A stretch of DNA of 64,000 nt, from the IMG/VR virus record IMGVR_UViG_2871003000_000003, positions 101,773 through 165,772 of that record; one strand, given 5' to 3'. The notes below the pieces were generated by a model that saw only the letters and a program-made list of their open reading frames with translations, was not told where the DNA came from and did not search any database. Origin of the DNA: a virus. Lineage: Duplodnaviria; Caudoviricetes. Each line of letters begins with the position of its first letter. Positions within the stretch are counted from its first letter, which is position 1. This document shows positions 60,493-64,000 of this stretch, piece by piece. Both the position numbers and the translations under genes were made by a program.

Positions 60493-62688
60493 ATGGCAAA
60501 AGCTGAATCAAAAACTATATTAAAGGCATACTCTACAGTCGAATCCAAGTTGCCCACTCTTCCACTTGAGGATGGACAACTTATTTTCGTTTACGATAAA
60601 AAGAAGATTATATTAGATAATCACGGAGTTCGTACGGTTTATGAGCAAATACAAACCATAGAAACAGAAGAACAACGTAATGATTTACTTGCACCTATTG
60701 ATTCTTTTTATTTCGTAATTGAAACATCTATATTGTGGAGATATTCAAATGGACATTGGAATCAAATAACAACCTCCCCTCAAGAACAAATTGATAGAAT
60801 TGTCGCAGAGGGAACAAAACAGGTCAAAGCCGTACAGGACAAAGGCACAGAGGTATTGCAGTCCATACCAGAAGATTTCCAGACACAGATGGAAACTAAG
60901 CTGAATAAACAGCAGGGAATCGAGAACAAGGGTAAAGTTCTTGTGATCGAAGAAGATGGTAATGTAGTGCCTGGAGAAGTCGCTAGTGGTGGCGGAGACG
61001 GTATTGCAATCATAAACACCATGAGTGGAGAAAGCCCACTTGTGATACCGGATAGTGCTGAGAGAGTAAATAAGAGGTTGGAGCTTGGTGGGAAGACGGA
61101 GCAGGTGCAGACGAGTGGGAAGAATTTGGTAAACGCCAATGTATACGAACAAGGATATCTAACAAGCGTTAATGCTGGTGATAAAGTATCGTTAACTCAA
61201 ATGCAAAAATCATTCACAACAAATATGGAAGTAAGTTCTATGCAAGGGAAAAACGTTTCAGTGTCAGTCAGAACAAAAGAAAAAACAGGAAAAAAATATG
61301 TATTCACTGATGAGACAGATACTATTATCACCGGAGTGTTTGATACCGGGAGTAATAACTATTCGGAATTTAAAAATATAACAATCCCGAAAAATGCAAA
61401 AAAACTTTTTTTCTCTGTGACTTATGATGCGCAAGAAAACACAGAATTGCAAGTTGAGTTGGGCACTACTGTAACTACTTACGAACCCTACACAGGCGGT
61501 AAACCATCCCCATCACCCGAATATCAGCAGGAGATTAAGAGTGTCGGAAAATGGAATGAAGAGAAGCAGAAGTATGAAGTTAGTGTGAAAGTTACTGGGA
61601 AGAATCTGTTTGATATCGAAAAAGCGGAAGTAAGTGGTGGGAACCTTTGTACTGCAAAACGTGAGAATAATATCGTAAAAATTACAGCAATTGAAACAGT
61701 TACTTCGAAACGTGCATATGCGATAGTATCAGGTGGTGGCATATACTTAAAATCCGGAAAAACTTATTTTCTAAATGGGAGAAAAGTCGGGACATCTAAT
61801 ATGACGCCTATGTTCGCTTTTTTTAAGGAAAAAAATAATGGAGAGTTACTAAAAATGGGTAACTTTTATACCCCAAACGAAGATATATGCATTGATATTG
61901 GAATATATTTAGTTGGAGATGCAATTAGAACAGGTAATACGCTTGAGATAACTGACATAATTGTGTGCGAAGGGAAAGACGCTGCACAATATCAGCCATA
62001 CACCGAGCAAACCATAACTATCACATCCGACCGCCCGATAACCAAGTGGGATAAGCTCGTGGAACAGGGCGGACAGATTGGGTGGTTGTATAATTCCGTG
62101 AATGAAACGATTGACGGAAAAACAGGAAAGTGGTCAATTCAACCTGCGTCTAAAATATTTTATAGGACAGACATTACTTTCCCAATAGCCGTACCGTTCT
62201 GCTCTGAATTGTTAGGATATGACTATTCCAGTGTAGGATACAAAAAAGATACAGGTATTACTATAAATAATTTAGGGATCCTATGTATAACTCTCCCAGA
62301 AGAGGTGGAACTTACACCGGATGCATATAAACAGTATTTGGCAGATAATCCATTGCACGTTCTGTATAAGGGCGATTCCGAAGAATTCGTCCCACTCCCA
62401 GAAGAAGAGCAGAACGCAATCCGAGCATTAAAAACCTACTACCCAACCACAGTCATCACAGTTGACGGAGGGGAGCTTGACCCTGATATTAAAGTAACAT
62501 ATACGGCGGATACAAAGAACTACATTGATGGAAAAGTGTCTGCAAAAGTGGCAAGTATATTAAGACAATACCAGGCTGACACAGCAAATCTGCTATCTTT
62601 AATGCCTATGGAAACACAGGCAACAATGATAGAAAATGACACGAATAACATTTTAAACAACTTAGAAAGTGAGGAAGCACATGAATAA
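60493..62688 (+). CDS. Mosaic tail fibre/receptor-binding protein
   Basis: Two GKNL...Y(E/Q)PY modules, GGKPSPSPEY, LKTYYPTT, YTADTKNYID. Confidence 0.7.
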   Translation: MAKAESKTILKAYSTVESKLPTLPLEDGQLIFVYDKKKIILDNHGVRTVYEQIQTIETEEQRNDLLAPIDSFYFVIETSILWRYSNGHWNQITTSPQEQIDRIVAEGTKQVKAVQDKGTEVLQSIPEDFQTQMETKLNKQQGIENKGKVLVIEEDGNVVPGEVASGGGDGIAIINTMSGESPLVIPDSAERVNKRLELGGKTEQVQTSGKNLVNANVYEQGYLTSVNAGDKVSLTQMQKSFTTNMEVSSMQGKNVSVSVRTKEKTGKKYVFTDETDTIITGVFDTGSNNYSEFKNITIPKNAKKLFFSVTYDAQENTELQVELGTTVTTYEPYTGGKPSPSPEYQQEIKSVGKWNEEKQKYEVSVKVTGKNLFDIEKAEVSGGNLCTAKRENNIVKITAIETVTSKRAYAIVSGGGIYLKSGKTYFLNGRKVGTSNMTPMFAFFKEKNNGELLKMGNFYTPNEDICIDIGIYLVGDAIRTGNTLEITDIIVCEGKDAAQYQPYTEQTITITSDRPITKWDKLVEQGGQIGWLYNSVNETIDGKTGKWSIQPASKIFYRTDITFPIAVPFCSELLGYDYSSVGYKKDTGITINNLGILCITLPEEVELTPDAYKQYLADNPLHVLYKGDSEEFVPLPEEEQNAIRALKTYYPTTVITVDGGELDPDIKVTYTADTKNYIDGKVSAKVASILRQYQADTANLLSLMPMETQATMIENDTNNILNNLESEEAHE

Positions 62689-62863
62689 CACAGTAATCGT
62701 AAAATTAATGACAAATTTGATTGAAAAGAAGTTTTACAACACAAAGGATGAAGCGGTTGCAAAACTGGATGTCTATTTCGCTATGAACCGAATCAGCGAA
62801 GAGGAATACGCAACTCTGACGCTTCTGGCGGAGACAACTTACGCAGAAGTACAGACTGTTTAG
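62681..62863 (+). CDS. XkdX-like small protein
   Basis: KLDVYFAMNRISEEEY. Confidence 0.55.
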   Translation: MNNTVIVKLMTNLIEKKFYNTKDEAVAKLDVYFAMNRISEEEYATLTLLAETTYAEVQTV

Positions 62864-62947
62864 ACATTTTACGGGTGGAGAATATGGAGATTAGAGCAAG
62901 ACCGCACAGGTCTTATTTTTATACTTAAAAATAAATGGAGGAAAGAC

Positions 62948-63229
62948 ATGACAGAAAATGAAGTAGAAGTGAAACTTGCAGAGCACGGAAAAGAAATCGG
63001 CTCTCTAAAACACCGGATGAAAGAAGCGGAGGACGTTGTTAATGTGGTGCACCAGCTGGCACAGGAAATGGTTGGGTTGACCAAGGAGGTTGGCTTTATG
63101 AACCAGACCCTTGTGCAGTTGACCGCAAAAGTTACACATCTTGAGCAGACTCCGGCTAAACGGTGGGACGTAGTAGTAACTGCACTGATCGGAGCTGTGA
63201 TTGGTGGAATAGTAGCAATGTATTTGTAA
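62948..63229 (+). CDS. XhlA/BhlA-like lysis accessory protein
   Basis: Coiled coil plus C-terminal TM, before the holin. Confidence 0.65.
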   Translation: MTENEVEVKLAEHGKEIGSLKHRMKEAEDVVNVVHQLAQEMVGLTKEVGFMNQTLVQLTAKVTHLEQTPAKRWDVVVTALIGAVIGGIVAMYL

Positions 63230-63242
63230 AGGAGAATGCAGC

Positions 63243-63491
63243 ATGAAAAAAATTAACTGGATTGTAAGAATCAAAAACAAGGCTTTCTGGGTGGCACTGA
63301 TCCCGGCAATCTTACTGTTGGTACAGGCTATTGCGGCAGTGTTTGGATTTGCGATCGATCTCGGAGACCTTGGGGATAAGCTGTTGACCGTAATCAATGC
63401 GCTCTTTGCAGTACTGGCAATCCTTGGTGTAGTGGTAGACCCAACAACACCGGGAACAGGAGATTCAGAGAGGGCGCTTACATATAAGTAG
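63243..63491 (+). CDS. Holin, phi LC3 family
   Basis: INWIVRIKNKAFW...LGVVVDPTTPGTGDSERAL. Confidence 0.9.
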   Translation: MKKINWIVRIKNKAFWVALIPAILLLVQAIAAVFGFAIDLGDLGDKLLTVINALFAVLAILGVVVDPTTPGTGDSERALTYK

Positions 63492-63557
63492 ATAATTTCA
63501 GAGGGCTTGGAAACAGGCTCTCTTTTATTGTGCGACATCGCACAAGGAGGTGAGAAC

Positions 63558-63647
63558 ATGAGCGAACAGAACGAATTTGGTAGAGTATCCGCAGAGGAAC
63601 TGGAAAAGGCATTTGAAACGGAAAATCAGGAGGAAGAAAAAGAATGA
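63558..63647 (+). CDS. 29-aa acidic peptide coupled to the endolysin
   Basis: SD AAGGAGGTG; MSEQNEFGRVSAEELEKAF...*; ATGA overlap with the lysin. Confidence 0.5.
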   Translation: MSEQNEFGRVSAEELEKAFETENQEEEKE

Positions 63648-64000
63648 AAATTGGCTTAAGGGGAGGGCATTCCCCAAATTGTAAAGGAGCAATCGGTCTG
63701 ATCGATGAGCAGGTAGAAGTGCGGAAGATCTACAATGAGCTCGCACCAATGTTACAGGCTGTCGGTCATACTGTGGTTGATTGTAATTCCAACGCATCCA
63801 ATGTGTCTGGTGAGCTGTCTGACGGCACAAATAAGGCGAATAGTGCGGGGTGCGATATCTATGTCACCTTGCACATGAATGCGGCAGGAGCGGAATCAGC
63901 TGGCGGTACAGAGGTGTGGTTATACGATGCATCTAACCAGACAATGAACACGATCGCAAGCAATATCTGCCAGAATTTCGCAAATAAAGGATTTGCTAAC
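63644..64000 (+). CDS. Endolysin, N-acetylmuramoyl-L-alanine amidase (Amidase_3), truncated by the window end
   Basis: MKIGLRGGHS..GAIGLIDE...YVTLHMNA..AGGTEVW. Confidence 0.9.
   Translation, partial: MKIGLRGGHSPNCKGAIGLIDEQVEVRKIYNELAPMLQAVGHTVVDCNSNASNVSGELSDGTNKANSAGCDIYVTLHMNAAGAESAGGTEVWLYDASNQTMNTIASNICQNFANKGFAN

Noticed and set aside
55048-62688. Diversity-generating retroelement or invertible shufflon in the fibre genes
   Set aside because: No RT, no TR/VR near-identical repeat pair and no inverted cassette repeats are visible in this window.
1-64000. Stop-codon reassignment
   Set aside because: Long genes read intact in code 11, all three stops are used, and there is no suppressor tRNA. 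The TGA in the Ser tRNA is its anticodon, which reads UCA.

Overview
Late (virion) region of a large, AT-rich SPbeta-like temperate siphophage of a Firmicutes host (probably Lachnospiraceae/Clostridia). Almost all genes are on the + strand. Order: a large structured ncRNA and tRNA cluster, PIN-PhoH, phosphoesterase, HU, tyrosine recombinase, terminase, portal, protease/scaffold, capsid, head-tail joining genes, major tail protein, tape measure (TMP), Dit/Tal, baseplate and fibre genes, then a lysis cassette that runs off the window end. The main finding is that the TMP gene (27082-42941, about 3030 aa when spliced) is split into four exons by three group I introns whose splice sites can be read from P1/P10 pairings. 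Intron 1 carries a Vsr/EDxHD-type homing endonuclease and appears to end in A instead of the canonical G. Intron 2 is 4088 nt, has a 14-bp P10 and a long-range P9-region helix, and loops out a 3.6-kb cargo island: GNAT toxin-antitoxin pair, MazF/PemK-like protein, DUF2513, a Zn-ribbon protein and two sRNAs. Intron 3 carries an RNA-terminator-PBECR4-like RNase unit instead of a homing endonuclease. The self-splicing introns thus appear to act as safe harbours for toxin/defence cargo inside an essential virion gene. Other oddities: paired peptide+DUF6338 cassettes flanking the TMP, frequent ATA/ATT start codons, tRNAs with altered anticodon loops, a probable -1 frameshift in the major tail gene, and candidate new ncRNAs. 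All family assignments come from motif recognition and synteny by eye, not from database searches.
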